DNA of 64,000 nt from positions 72,230,001 through 72,294,000 of the forward strand of contig OZ260665.1 of the NCBI GenBank assembly GCA_965285935.1, written 5' to 3'. Of the stretch, positions 1 to 12,895 are shown in pieces (the first letter of the stretch is position 1; each line of letters starts with the position of its first letter). The translations under genes were made by a program, and so were the position numbers. Source of the DNA: Ophelia neglecta (Eukaryota). Under the pieces are notes generated by a model. It saw only the letters and a list, made by a program, of their open reading frames with translations. It ran no database searches and was not told the origin of the DNA.

Positions 1-1433
1 AACAATTTAAAACTTCAACATGGCACTTTGTGCTTGCCTTAGATACAAAAATCTGTGATGGCTGAGGCGGGATGTTAGACATTACACCCTGCTAACAGTG
101 ACAGGAGATGTACTCTGGCTAGAACTGAGGTGCTGGCTGTGAGTTGTATGGCTGACAGATATCAGGTGTCTAAAATGAGCTCTCGGGTGGTGATTACCCA
201 TCAAAATGGTCAGATTCAGGTGGGTGACTTGTATCTGCTCTCATTCAGGGGCTCACTGTCTTCTGGTAATTAATGTGGCATCCTTGAGTACTTAATAAAA
301 TATCTAGTCCCTACTATGTATCAGTACAATATAAGGATTTTGTATGAATAAGTTCTGATGTACATGTACATAATCTTTTGTGTCCTTGAAACTGTGCCTG
401 TGTGTCTATTACAAATGTGTAAACAAACACGCTTCAAGTGTGTTTGGGCTTATATAGCCTAGGACTCGGTTGATCATGTTTGTAAATCAACCAGGTATGA
501 CATTATATTGCCTGCGCTCTGATCCATGGTGACCTCTGACCTGTATTTATGGGTGGTGAGGTTTAGATGTATGATGTGGTGTGATGATGGTGAGAGAGGC
601 TGACTCACATGTATAACAGAGGACACCAGAGCTGTGGGAGAGGTCCTCTTATTTCCTCCGATCACCATTCTATCTGGGAGATGTAGAACCAGAGCAGGGT
701 GGCTCACCCAGCTAGACCTGGCTCTGACAGATGTGGTTACAGCTGTGTAGACGGTGGCCTTTGATCAGTTCCTGGAGCTAAACATAGATTTGTCTATAGA
801 GTCATTTGTTTACATGAACAATCAGTCAAACCGACAGGATTTGGAAGTGTGTGGGCTGCATCTCTCTATATACATTGTGTTGTCATGTAACACAGCAGTT
901 GTTCTGGATGAGGCTGGGAGACTCTGAGAGCTACAGTCTGTTTAACCTGGTATCTCACAGCTACCCTGTGGGTACACATGTAGGGAGCAAGTCCTATACA
1001 TTAGTATACAGCTAGGTTATAAGTATGAGGATCCATCCAGTTCTGGTATGTACCCACAGCAGTTACTGATCACTCCTGTAGTGTATTATATACATGTAAT
1101 GTAAAGGAACATCTGAGCAAGCCTTGTTGAGAGTTGTACAGTATTTACTGACTCTTGCAGCCTGATCGTGGTAATAACCTGTGGTGTCAGCATATGTTAT
1201 TATCAGTTCATCATTTAGTAGTACGTAACGCTTGTCATAAGTTGTGTCAACTACTACTTAAATATTTATTTACATGATGTAAGAGGTTATAATATGCAGC
1301 TGGAAAATGCCAGTCATTTGTCTCCCCGGCTGATCATTACATGTCTGTCTAATAATAAGTGATGAGTCAGGACCATGGTGATCTTGGTTAGGCATGTTGC
1401 GGTTCTTACTGTTATATTGTGGTGTTTAGAAAC

Positions 1434-1524
1434 AACACACAGTTCATGTATTTTTTACCCCATTGACTTGACCCAACACACAGTTCATGTATTTTTTACC
1501 CCATTGACTTGACCCAACACACAG
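1434..1524. repeat. 41-bp tandem duplication (about 2.2 copies)
   Basis: aacacacagttcatgtattttttaccccattgacttgaccc starts at 1434 and 1475, with a partial third copy at 1516. Confidence 0.9.
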
Positions 1525-2172
1525 GTCTGCCCCCTGCCAGCCCTCACCAACATTTGTGTATTTGAATGTTAAAGAGACAGTATTATTTTTAATAATTTGG
1601 ATGACACAGGTCTTTTTACTCACCTTATTATACAAAAAATTATATTGTTTTGAATGATAACAGAACGTGAAGAGGTAAAATAGACAAATTATTCTTGTAT
1701 AGTATGATGGAGTGCTCATTGAGAGCTAGATTTTCTTGGTGTCATGTTGCTAGACCTTCCTTAAAGATTTTCTTCTTTTGATGCCTTCATGGCCTTCAAT
1801 TAACGAATAGCTCGGCCACCCCATCTATGTGGTGAAAAGATGTACAGTAATCTTAGATATGAAGCCTAGCCATCAGAACTGCTCGAGCTGTAAGTTAGGA
1901 GGTGATATATGGTCATCTATGATTAGCTGATTACGTTGAGAGGTGGGGGTCAGAGCCACTCTATCACCCTTGTTCTGACTGGTTAATTACAGGCAGGTTA
2001 GAGAGGGACTCGTGGCCATGGTCCACCCTTGTACCTTGTGTTTGTATCTCTCTATATTACATTTCTTACACCTCTGATAGGGAGAATGTAGCCTGTCATA
2101 ATACTTGATTTACAAGCCCACTCCTGTGGTTATATAGCAATCTTTATTCCTGTTGTATTATGAAAGTCTTAA

Positions 2173-3987
2173 GGTGGCAGGAACCCTTTTCAAAGATTGA
2201 AAATTTTTCCCTGGGTCAAATTGAGAAAATTACAGATTTGGATAGAGCAAGTTATATAGAATCTATTGGTATAACTAACTTTCAGTTTATATAGATATTT
2301 ACCCTTTTTTTGCCAAAAACATTCAAGCTGTGGATGACAGCTGTATGTTTACAAACATAGCAGAAGGTCACATGACCAACTGACCATGCATCCTAATTAG
2401 ATAATAGCAATTAGCCCCTCCCCTTTGAGACTGTCCAGCTGAATGCCGTGGGTGTCAAAAACATGATTAGGTTCTTTGAATATAACGTTACTGATATGGA
2501 TAGCATTGCAATACAATATCAAAGTGGATTTTTATTAACAAAGTACAAGCATAATTTTTTGTATTAGAGTCCGCTATGCTTACACTTATTTGTCCAATCA
2601 GAGGTATAGCAATGTGCTTTCCATCCCATATACATCGCTCCGAAAATATCGATGTTTGTTTAGGCAGCCATTATACACACGCCGTAGTACGACAACACCA
2701 GCCCATTTACGTTGTCATAAAAACAAACACTCCTGGTTGCTTGCTTGAAACATTATAAAATCAATTAGAAATTGCTATCACCGTCAAATGTGTCCATGTT
2801 ATAGCACATGAGTAATTGGGAGGATTTCATTAGGCGCTATTTTATACGACATTACTAGCTGAGTAGTGTTCACAAGCCACATCCATACACAGGACGTTTG
2901 GCTTTCACCGACTCCCGGCGGAGGGGGTCCCACTCTTCACGAGGTCTCTTCCCTCTCCCCATGACGTGCAGCTGTAAAACTTCAGCAGAATATTGTAATC
3001 GAAATAAATTTCTATCCGTGAGTGGCAATAATCCAAGGTAAATAGTTGTCAAATGTGATAGGAAACGATCTGTCAACATATTTATAGGGAACAACAAGCA
3101 CTCGCAGACTGCTAATCAGTGATGCTCGACGGGCTGGCTGACTGACTAGGGCCAATAGCGACGCTTGACCTGGTAGTCTCCGCCCACGTGTGACGTCACC
3201 AGGCCAAGAGTCGGATACCGCATGGCTGCCTACGGATGACATTGCAATTTGTGGGCTAATACCGCTTAAAAATTTCAAAAAAGGATGACTTCCAATCCAA
3301 TAAAATTGATGACATCTTGGTATCAGTTCGCAACAATTGCATTCTTCCTATCCCCGAAGTTTAATGCAATTAGCGTTGGTGTACGAGTTGCTACGTGCGA
3401 TATACTCACCACTTGACCCTTTGAAGTCGATTTCTCACGAACTATAATTTCGACTAATTAGTGAAGCCACACTATTTTTTAACAGCGATTACTCCATAAC
3501 GGAAAGAGATAATTGAAATCTGTAAACGGCATTCAAACAACAATGGCCTAATCTAGTATCGGGATTTTCAAATTTTTAATATTCGGTTTCTAACGATTTT
3601 AACAGTTGGCCAAAGTTGAGTATGTGATAAAATCTATCTCTAAAACATAATCATGAATAAAAACATCTAATACTCGGAATTTATGATGAAAATGTAAAAA
3701 CTAAAACATCCCGATACTAGATTTGACTCTTGTGAACACGACTATATAGTTGTCATTGTTGTACCATAAATATATACTTTGTGAGAGCTTTTGATAATTG
3801 TAGTAAATTTTTAATGAAAAATCGCTCACAAAGTTCACATTTTGATTTTTTTTCACATTTCTGGATATGGAATTTGTTCACGGTAATGTATGGAACATGT
3901 TAAATGCAGGAAACATGTAATATCAATTGTCACCTTTGCAAAAATCCAATTTATGTAAGAAATTACTAACAGGGGGTTCCTGCCACC
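2173..3987 (-). mobile_element. Kolobok-type non-autonomous DNA transposon, copy 1 (intron of RASGEF1)
   Basis: TTAA at 2169-2172 and 3988-3991. TIRs GGTGGCAGGAACCC / GGGTTCCTGCCACC. TTAA TSD with purine-purine termini fits Kolobok rather than piggyBac (CC termini). Internal perfect 16-bp IR aatctagtatcgggat (3550-3565 / 3708-3723). Near-identical second copy at 25180-27058. Confidence 0.85.
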
Positions 3988-4143
3988 TTAATTCCTGTGG
4001 TCTTAAAGCTGCCTTTCTGATAATGTACTTGCCTTTTGAACCTACCACTTACAACATGGGTGAAACATGAAAGGCAAATATAATAACCACAGGCAAACAA
4101 TAGAGTCTGAACTGTATTAACTAAACATTTTATTTTATTGTAG

Positions 4144-7100
4144 GCGTTAGTCTACCAGGATGACAACCTATACTCTGGGACGGTGGATGCTCTGGTCCAA
4201 CACTTGGTCCCCACCCCTGCCTACTACCCTGACGTAAGTACATGTATCAATTAGTCCTCAGGTCACCTACCTCCCTGGCGACATACACATCGAAATGTCC
4301 CCAGTCCCCCCCCCTTCCCCTCCCCCACCACCACCATCAACTCTTAAACCTCAATGTTAGCATGCCTTACTCCTCATTCCTGTCCCTCTTCACTGACCTA
4401 AGTATTTATGAGTACAATTTCATATTTTCACAAGTTAAATTTTGTGATTACAACAGTTACTATTCTTTTAATAAAACTATTAGGGTGCTTATTTAAAGGG
4501 GAATATGCAGTGGTATTCCTGGCACTCATTACAACCCACACTGTCAATATTAAAAGCATACATTATTTATAAACTGTCGATATGTTTTCCAGAGAACATA
4601 CATCTTTGCGTTCCTGTTGAGTTCACGGATGTTCCTACGGCCTCACATCCTCCTCAACCAGGTGTGTCAGACTTGTATACTACAGCAGAAGCTCAACTCG
4701 GACAAAGTCAGCAGGGAAACCCTGGCCAAGTTTGGTCCTCACCTAATACAGCTGCTCGGGTAAGTCTCTGTGGATGTGAAGTCCGTTGTAATCAGAGCTG
4801 TAAACAGTCAGGACCAACAAGCAAGCAGCATCCAAAGCTGGGGTGTGCGTGGTCTCTCTACCCTCTCTGTGGGCAGATGGAGTTAGTGATTAGCATGGTG
4901 TTAGCACTGGAGATCAGCTGAGCTGGGATCAGTTTGCCTGATCACTTTAACAGACATATTGAATCAATAAACCAGGGATTGGCCATCATCCAATTAAATC
5001 TACTGCAGATTTGCATCGACAAATTGCTTTGAGCTGATGTTAAATGTTGTTAGCTGATTTTATTCTTATTTTTTTCTTGTTCATTAACTTTTCATTTTAT
5101 AATGTCTAATATTAATCTGTGTCCTCTTGTAGAGAATGGACAGACAACTTCCCGTATGATTACCGAGATGACCGAATGATGCGTAGCTTAAAAGACATGA
5201 CACAAAAAGTAGTTGCCATTTACCCGGAATTACGGAAAGATGTCGGAATTCTCATGCATAACTTGTTGAGCAAGGTATGTGAAATGATAAAATTCCACGA
5301 ACCCTGTGTAATTGGTAATAAAAAAATTGTTTATTGTATTTTACCTTTGCTGACTGATACTTTGAATTGTTAGTGATAAACAAATCAGTTGTGTTATTAT
5401 ATCATCACATGATTTGTTGGTATTTTAGTTATCAGGGTTACAAAAATATGAAGAGTTACTAACGAGGATCAATGCTGAGGTGGCTCAACGACTTCTCAAC
5501 ATCATGCCGACAGTAAGTAGTGTCCGAACTAGACTGGTTTATACTTCTAATGGGAAGGCACTTCAGCCTTACACACACCTATTTATATCTCTGTGATGGC
5601 CATTATGACAATCATTTAAGTTTTATACAATTCTAACGATTCAGGCCATTTTCCACTTAGGTCTCAAAAATGTTTATCAAGGTCCACATAATATCAATAA
5701 TTCAGGGTACCTAGGTTATGTTGCATTTTTACTCAGCAGACCTAGTTGTTTGAAGTAACCCCCTTTTTTACTCATATCACTCACTGGGTGCACTTGTCCC
5801 TGAACAGCCACATTCTGCCGAAAACTGTCGATATATATGTAAATGGCAGATGTTCATAAGAAGACATGCATATTACCCAATATCATCTACAAACAATGCA
5901 TCAACACATTGGGCCGGTCTTGAGTTTCCTGACTCACCCTGTTCATGGGACTAGGCTTACCTACATTACTGGGCCTTAATAATTAGTCTAATATAGCCTA
6001 TATATATATATATACAGGCCTCTTCAGTATCATTCTGAGGGAACTATTTTCCATTGTACTTCTCATCTTTTTCTGACACAGAACTACACTCTTGTATACT
6101 TCTCGCCCCACTATGCAGGAACATAACTACATTCCAGCATACTTCTCTCCCTAACATGCCCAGAGTTTCTGTTATAGTAACATACAATACATCTACTTAG
6201 GTTTTACAATGTATTGATAACAGTTGTCCCCGGCCTCACCCCCCACCACCAGCCCCACATTAGTTTTGCACACTGCCATGCCAACAACTTTGAGCAGGTT
6301 ATCTGTAAGTTAAGCCCTTTATGCTAAGATGCTCCTCCCCAGTAAGCTCTCCTGCTCTTCCAGACTGACATCTATGAAGTGTGCTCCAGTCCGCTAGTCC
6401 TGGCTCAGCAGCTGACCCACATAGAGCTAGAGAGACTGAGCATGATTGGTCCAGAAGAGTTTGTACAGGCCTTCGCCAAGGAAAAGGAATTGGATGTAAG
6501 TGATTTACTGGTCCTAAGCTTTAAACAATCTGGACTCATAAAAGGTGACCTTGAATTTTTCGTTTCAACAAACAAAACAGACTTTCATATTGTGCCATGT
6601 TTATTTCCAGCCATCTTACCAAGACATGAAGAAAACCTCCAACCTTGAGTCCTACGTACATTGGTTTAATAGACTTAGTTACTTTGTTGCCACAGAAATT
6701 TGTATGGTAAGTTGTAAAAATGTATATGTTAAATAGTGGAAACGTTTTTTGCTTTCTATGTTCTAAGTGGCTCCCTCATACTGCAGTCGTATGTATTAAC
6801 TACCCTTTTTGATTGTGTGTGTTGAAGAAATCACTGCTGAGTTTGTAATGCTCTCTTTTTCAGCATTTAAAAAAGAAAAACAGGTGTCGAATGATAGAAT
6901 ACTTCATAGATGTAGCTAAAGAATGTATCAATATTGGAAACTTTAACTCTTTGATGGCAATCATAGGTCAGCTACTTACTGGTTTTATGTAATGATTACT
7001 CACAGTTTTCATTATTTATAAGCATTGGTGCCAATCTTTTTAATATGGTTGCACTTTAATTAAAATGTTTTTGTTAATTGAGGTTTGCTCTTTTCCATTG

Positions 7101-10100
7101 GAATGTATTTTATTATGAAGTTGTTAAGTGACTTGTTAAATGTAAAATTCAAAATCTTGATTATTCCATATTTGTATTTTCAGCTGGCCTAAATATGAAT
7201 CCTATTCAGAGGTTAAAGAAGACAGTGAGTAGTCGATGTCACAGTCTATTGCAATTAATTATTAAATTTAACGTAGAAGGTATTAATAAGGAAAATACGT
7301 TTTAAAAATAAGTTCTAAAATCAAGATATAGCTAGGTATTTTCATTCATGGCATGGTGAAATTACTGTTTTAGTGGGAGAAGTTAAACACAGAAAAATTT
7401 GATATCCTGGAACACCAGATGAACCCCTCAAATAACTTTGGTAGTTACCGGTCCTCACTGAAGGCGGCCCTCTGGCGGTCAGAAGGAGCAGTGGAGGACC
7501 GCGAGAGGGTAAGTTACTTAGGGTTTGTCCTGAGATGTGGCATCCCCATCGGCTTTTGTGTTTCCCATGTTTCTAAAATGATGCTCAAGGGCATGATCAT
7601 TTAATGAGTCTTGTCAAACAATACTATTAATGAATTCATTAAAACAGCCAGTCTATAATGGGTGCCCACAGACACAAATGATACTCGAGGAAAAATACTC
7701 GTTAGTCCTTAGAGAGGAAGCCGTGACTGCAAAAACAGTGAACGAAGCTTGTGATGTGATGTTGATCTGTGTAAAGTTTCGCTGTTTGTAAAGTTGCGCT
7801 GCTTTCTGTTTCAGATTGTCATTCCATTCTTCAGTTTGTTTGTCAAGGACATGTATTTTGTCAATGAAGGTTGCTCCAATAAGTAAGTTCAGAATACATA
7901 TTTTCTATGGAAATGCGTAAATTGTACAATTAGACCAGAATATTAATTGAGATAAGAATGTTTCTCCTTTCATTGTTTCCTTTTCAGATTTGAAAATGGT
8001 CATGTAAATTTTGAGAAATGTTGGCAACTTGCAAAGCAAATCTCTGACTTCATGTCTTGGAAACTAGTTGAGGTAAATTTCGATAGATTTATTTTCCATA
8101 ATGTTAGATTTTTTTACAAAAAACTTTTCACATATGTTGGCATGGGAAGTGGCTATTGAAGACTGATAAATGTGAAGTCAGACCACAATTTCAACAGTTT
8201 AAAGCCTTCTACTATATGTTTGCAGTGTCCGTTTGACCGACATCCACCAGTATTAAACTACCTGCTCACCAATCCAGTGTTCTCGGAAAATTGTAAGTTT
8301 TATGGCTGAAATTAATGTCAGCATAAGATGTTGTCTGTTCAAAATAGAGATTTCTATTGGTTGACTTTATCTTGTTATCGTGTTGGGTGTATACTATCAT
8401 TATATAATTAATGTTCTCTTTATTCTAGCATTATCATTAGCCTCTTTTGAATGTGAACCACCAGACAACAGCTTTGAGAAGGACCGGTACAAACAGTTAA
8501 AGTATGTATACAGCAGCGATTTAAACCTGCTCTGCCTTTTTTTATAGAGATATGTAACCTTTTTGCTCCTTTTTCATTGGAATGTAGTTTACTTTAAAAT
8601 ATCGAAGAATTTAAAAGCTTTTCCCCGGGTCAAAGTTGAGTTATTTTTACACAGTTTCTATTGACAATACATTTACACCTTCTATTGACCCAACCTGCAA
8701 TACCATTCGCCATCTGGTGGGCATCGCAGAACTATGGTTTTTGGACTTCCTGGTCGACCACTTTTCGCGAGTTACTGCGCAGCCTGCCGCGCAGTTTAAA
8801 CAGGTGTAGCTTTCTCAGGGCTGACACCGCTCGTGGCCTGACAGGCTGTCCCCAGTTATTCCACACGAAGTATTTGGGATCTCCGATGGCGACTCCTCGA
8901 TAATTGTTCAATTGTTCTGGGTCAAAGTGTCTTGAACACAGTCTAGATCTTTTGTATATATTTAATTTGTCCACGATCATGCTGTTTTCCTTCGACGATT
9001 TGCCTTCTCTTCTTACCAGGCGCCGCCATCTTGCCACGGCCGCCGGGTCTTCTCGGGGCCATTTAACCCAAGATATTTCTGCCATCCAAGGATACTTGTC
9101 CAGATGGTTAATTTTTCTGCTATGCGAGAAGCACTCTGCTGCCTCGCAGATAAAAACCATCTTCCTTTCATTCGTTTGTAACCTCAAAATAACGTTATAC
9201 CGCGATGATCTCAGCAGACCATGTAAGACGCCATGCAATGTTTATGATAGCTTGGGTAAGCCTACTGTTTTGGTCGACTTTTTTCCCGCAATGCATTGCG
9301 CGATCGTAGTTCTGCGATGCCCACCAGATGGCGAATTGTATTGCAGGTTGGGTGAATTAGTTCATGTCAATCGTGTCACCAAGGGGGATTCTTACCTTGT
9401 TAATTGTTTCCATGTATTATTTGATGAGGGACATGTGCATGTGTGTTGTGTAGTTAGATATAACATTCTAACACATTATTAGACTGGCTGAGTTGTAGGT
9501 AATCGCCTTTACACTTACCACAGTTAACACTACTCATTCCATGTGTGGTAGATGGTAGTAGGCATGTGAACTACAAGTATTATAACAAAAATACATGTAG
9601 GGCTATATTGCTCTTAGCTAGGTGGTAGGCAGTTTGGGACACCCTTTAAGTTGATCACTTCAAGCAATAGTGTTGAACAAATTTCACTTTGTGGCTGATG
9701 CACCAAAGGCCTTGACAAGCCTCTTTGATTCAGAGATGTTAGTTTGTAGACTCATTTGAGCATTTGGAGATCAGGGAGTACAATGAAATCTAAAAACATT
9801 TCCCCAAACTGTCTGCTATTAATATTTTTTTTTTTATTAGGAAACATGATTTTGGAAGAATGGTATATTTTAGTATAGAGCTTTTAAATCATATATTTGA
9901 GACATTCTTTGATCTGTCAAAAGTCTTCAATAGAGCCAGCATCTTTCTTTTTTTATATATTTAAAATCAAATTTATAGATTGAAATGTACGTGATGTTTT
10001 AGTACATAACATATGTGAGTAAATATTTCTGTGTGACTTTATGTGAAATACTTTTCTTTGGGCCAAGTAACATTTACATGCTTTTTAAAAATATATTTTG

Positions 10101-11256
10101 CACACAAACCAGTTGTATTGTTATTCTCACTTAACTGTGTTAGTGGGTGGTACCGGCATTGATTACATTGGTCCCTTTTGATGTCCTAAAAGAATCCCAT
10201 AACTACCTCTTTTGTCAATATTCTGCATACATAGGACTATGAACAAAACACACTGGATCTGTGTTGATATGTGTGACACTCTCTTACTGGTAGAGACCGT
10301 TAAATGGTCAACAACGTCTCAGTACAGAGGGTAGTTTGTGTTACATAGTCCAAGGTATAAAACATAGTCTCAGCTCAGGGAGTAGTGTGAGTCACATAGT
10401 CTCAGATCAGGGACGTGTGTGAGTTACATAGTCTCAGTACACAGAGGTGTGTGAGTCACATAGTCTCAGCTCAGGGAGGTGTGTGAGTCACATAGTCTCA
10501 GCTCAGGGAGGTGTGTGAGTCACATAGTCTCAGCTCAGGGAGGTGTGTGAGTCACATAGTCTCAGTACAGACCGGTGAGTGAGTCACATAGTCTCAGTAC
10601 AGAGAGGTGTGTGAGTCACATAGTCTCCGTACAGAGAAAGGTGTGAGTCACATAGTCTCAGTACAGAGCGGTGTGTGAGTCACATAGTCTCAGTACAGAG
10701 AGGTGTGTGAGTCACATAGACTCAGTACAGAGCGGTGAGTGAGTCACATAGTCTCAGCACAGAGCGGTGAGTGAGTCACATAGTCTCAGTACAGAGCGGT
10801 GTGTGAGTCGCATAGTCCCAGTACAGAGTGGTGTGTGCGTGTAACAAAGATATGCTCTGTAATCACTGGGTTAGTTCTGGAGATGACATTGAATAAAACC
10901 CTTTTAATATACAGTAATATATTGATATGGTTTTATTCTTATCTGCATATTGTGCTGGTATCCCTCATTTAATGCAGTATAGTGAAAACCACAATAACTG
11001 TATCACATGATTTTTTTGACAGTTTGCTGTTTGGGGCTGAACCATATTTATTTAAGTTTCTCGGTGCTTAAAAGTATTTTAACATGTAAGATGCAGTGCT
11101 ACTGCCACCTAATCCCTATAATAAGATAAGACGGCTCCGGGGTTTGTTATTTTCTTATTCCTCACTACTTACCTGCCGTTTTGTAGGAAGGAGTCGCAGG
11201 TTACGGAACCCTCACCTCCGTCAGCCATGTCAACCTCTCAGACCTCACAACACTAG
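4144..11256 (+). CDS. RASGEF1B: Ras-GEF domain-containing family member 1 (RASGEF1B-like), 5'-incomplete; 14 coding exons found
   Basis: Phase-consistent GT-AG exons: 4144-4233, 4593-4759, 5133-5274, 5429-5512, 6364-6495, 6611-6706, 6864-6966, 7184-7224, 7374-7508, 7815-7882, 7988-8072, 8226-8292, 8429-8501, 11187-11256 (TAG). The spliced protein has RASGEF1 motifs GTVDALVQHLVPTPAYYPDRTYIFAFLLSSRMF (REM domain), EWTDNFPYDYRDDRMMR, LAQQLTHIELERLSMIGPEEFVQAF, WFNRLSYFVATEICM, IGNFNSLMAIIAG, IVIPFFSLFVKDMYFVNEG and GHVNFEK (CDC25 domain). The start exon was not identified and may lie upstream of the window. The symbol is family-level. Confidence 0.93.
8688..9353. mobile_element. inverted-repeat-bounded THAP cassette (MITE-like or internal part of a THAP-bearing DNA transposon)
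   Basis: 8688-8734 acccaacctgcaataccattcgccatctggtgggcatcgcagaacta is the reverse complement of 9307-9353 with one mismatch. No clear TSD seen. Confidence 0.65.
8732..9160 (-). CDS. THAP (C2CH zinc finger) domain ORF, 142 aa, probably transposon-derived, antisense in the last RASGEF1 intron
   Basis: MVFICEAAEC...KWPRED...RWRRLVRR...SRLCSRHFDPEQ has the THAP pattern C-x4-C ... P ... W ... LCSxHF, starting near the N-terminal Met. Confidence 0.7.
   Translation of the reverse strand: MVFICEAAECFSHSRKINHLDKYPWMAEISWVKWPREDPAAVARWRRLVRREGKSSKENSMIVDKLNIYKRSRLCSRHFDPEQLNNYRGVAIGDPKYFVWNNWGQPVRPRAVSALRKLHLFKLRGRLRSNSRKVVDQEVQKP
10363..10836. repeat. 32-bp minisatellite, about 14-15 copies
   Basis: Unit gagtcacatagtctcag(c/t)(t/a)cag(g/a)gaggtgtgt, with degenerate copies at both edges. 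Confidence 0.95.
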
Positions 11257-12876
11257 ACCTCGCATCACTAGCATGGGGTAGGGGACAATGGTTTTCTGGC
11301 AGTGTATCTCACAATCACGCTATATCAATGCACTAAACTTTCCGAGGACAAATTATCACAAAAGTTTGATAAATACAAACATTTCATGACATATTGATCC
11401 CTAAAGGTCATTAGGTAATTTGATGACTTGGTTCTGAAGTCAGTATGATTGTGGACAAAAATGATGTTTTATGAAACACCTTTTTTAATGCTCATCATTT
11501 TCTATTCTTAATCACTTAATAGATGTGAGGGTGTGAGATTCATTGGACAGAGTTTACCTTTAGGTTGTTAAACTTGTACTCAAATGCATAAATCAGACAG
11601 GAAGGTTGTTTACTTCATTTCCAGCAATTTCTCATCGATTTAAGTCGCTCAAAATTTCAGAGAGCACTTTTCAGCTAGATTTCCTTCAGAACCTACTATG
11701 AAAATATTTTAGGAGAATTATTTCATCACCTTTTTCTATTAATAGTAATATTAAATTCTTACAAAGCTTCTATAGGCCATATCAGTCCTGAGAATGCAAA
11801 ATTAATGAAGAACAAATGAAGATCTAAAGGAAAAAAATAGCATCCGATGGTCCGAAGCCTGTTGCCACTTTGCAGAAGTCTCAATTTCAAGTAAAGTGAA
11901 TATATTGAATATATATAGGTCAACATGTGTTATGTCCTATACATGTAATTGTGTTTCCCAATTGTCTGAGGGCAGAAAATTTTTTATAAGCTGATGGTGC
12001 TTAGGCGACCATCTGTGATCCAGCGTCTTTGTTTACTCACAAGTTAAATAGCCTATATAGTTGCGGTTGCTACATGATTAACTTAAGTCACTGTAGCGCA
12101 AATTTCCGCGGTGTGGTCAAATTAGTATTTGCAGATATACACCAAAAAATGGACTTCAAACCAGCCGCACATTAATACACCTCCACTTATAACAGTATTG
12201 TTCAAATATAAATCTATCTTCAATCAGGACACAGGTTTACCAGAAAAACTGCCAGTATTGGGTAAAGGCATATTTTGGCTCCAAATATGATATTATTATG
12301 CCATAAGAGCACTCATAAAATTGATAAGGATTCTTTCCTGATCATTTACTATTTCAAGTTCAACATTTGGCTAATTTTAACATGGGCTCCTATGGCAGAA
12401 GCATCTAAAAATATTATGAAATTTTTTTTATATTTCTTTTTTTTTGTGCTGTACCAAATAGATCAAGCAAAATCGAAGAGAAATTGCACTAAACTCTGAC
12501 TTTTGCATTTGAGTATAGTAAGATTGCTGAAAACTGACAGGGTTCCTACTTGTTCATAGAGTTTCACAAAACAGTTGTAAAGATGATTCGTAATGGATTC
12601 ACACTGTATAAAAATATAAATTGTTAACATATTTAAGGTTTAAAATCAGCTAACATCACTAATATAACAACCACATGAGATTCTAGTTGTTACAAAACTC
12701 ACCATCTGGGTTTTCAGCAGTTGTCATTATGAAGGTATCTTTGTGTTTATTTTAATCTTAAGTGTTTTTGGTAAATCTGTAGGAGGTAGTGCATGCTGTA
12801 CATAAAATAACATCTTGCATCACACATTTATTATATGATGTACATTACTTAATTGGAATATCTGTTTTTATTATAG

Positions 12877-12895
12877 GGAGCAGGCAGGGCTATGA
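12877..12895 (+). CDS. possible alternative terminal coding exon of the RASGEF1 gene ((K)EQAGL*)
   Basis: Acceptor ctgtttttattatag at 12862-12876. Same phase as the donor after 8501 (AA|G). Reads G GAG CAG GCA GGG CTA TGA. Confidence 0.5.

Noticed and set aside
2173-3987. piggyBac or LTDR-bearing KolobokP assignment
   Set aside because: Termini are GG...CC rather than piggyBac CC...GG. No long terminal direct repeats or nuclease ORF are seen, and the two copies each have their own TTAA flanks.
4505-4921. 138-aa ORF
   Set aside because: Out-of-frame overlap with RASGEF1 exon 4593-4759.
8904-9482. 192-aa plus-strand ORF
   Set aside because: Antisense shadow of the THAP ORF with no motif.
10363-10836. 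CRISPR-like appearance of regular repeats
   Set aside because: Units are head-to-tail with no unique spacers, there are no cas genes, and the context is a eukaryotic intron.
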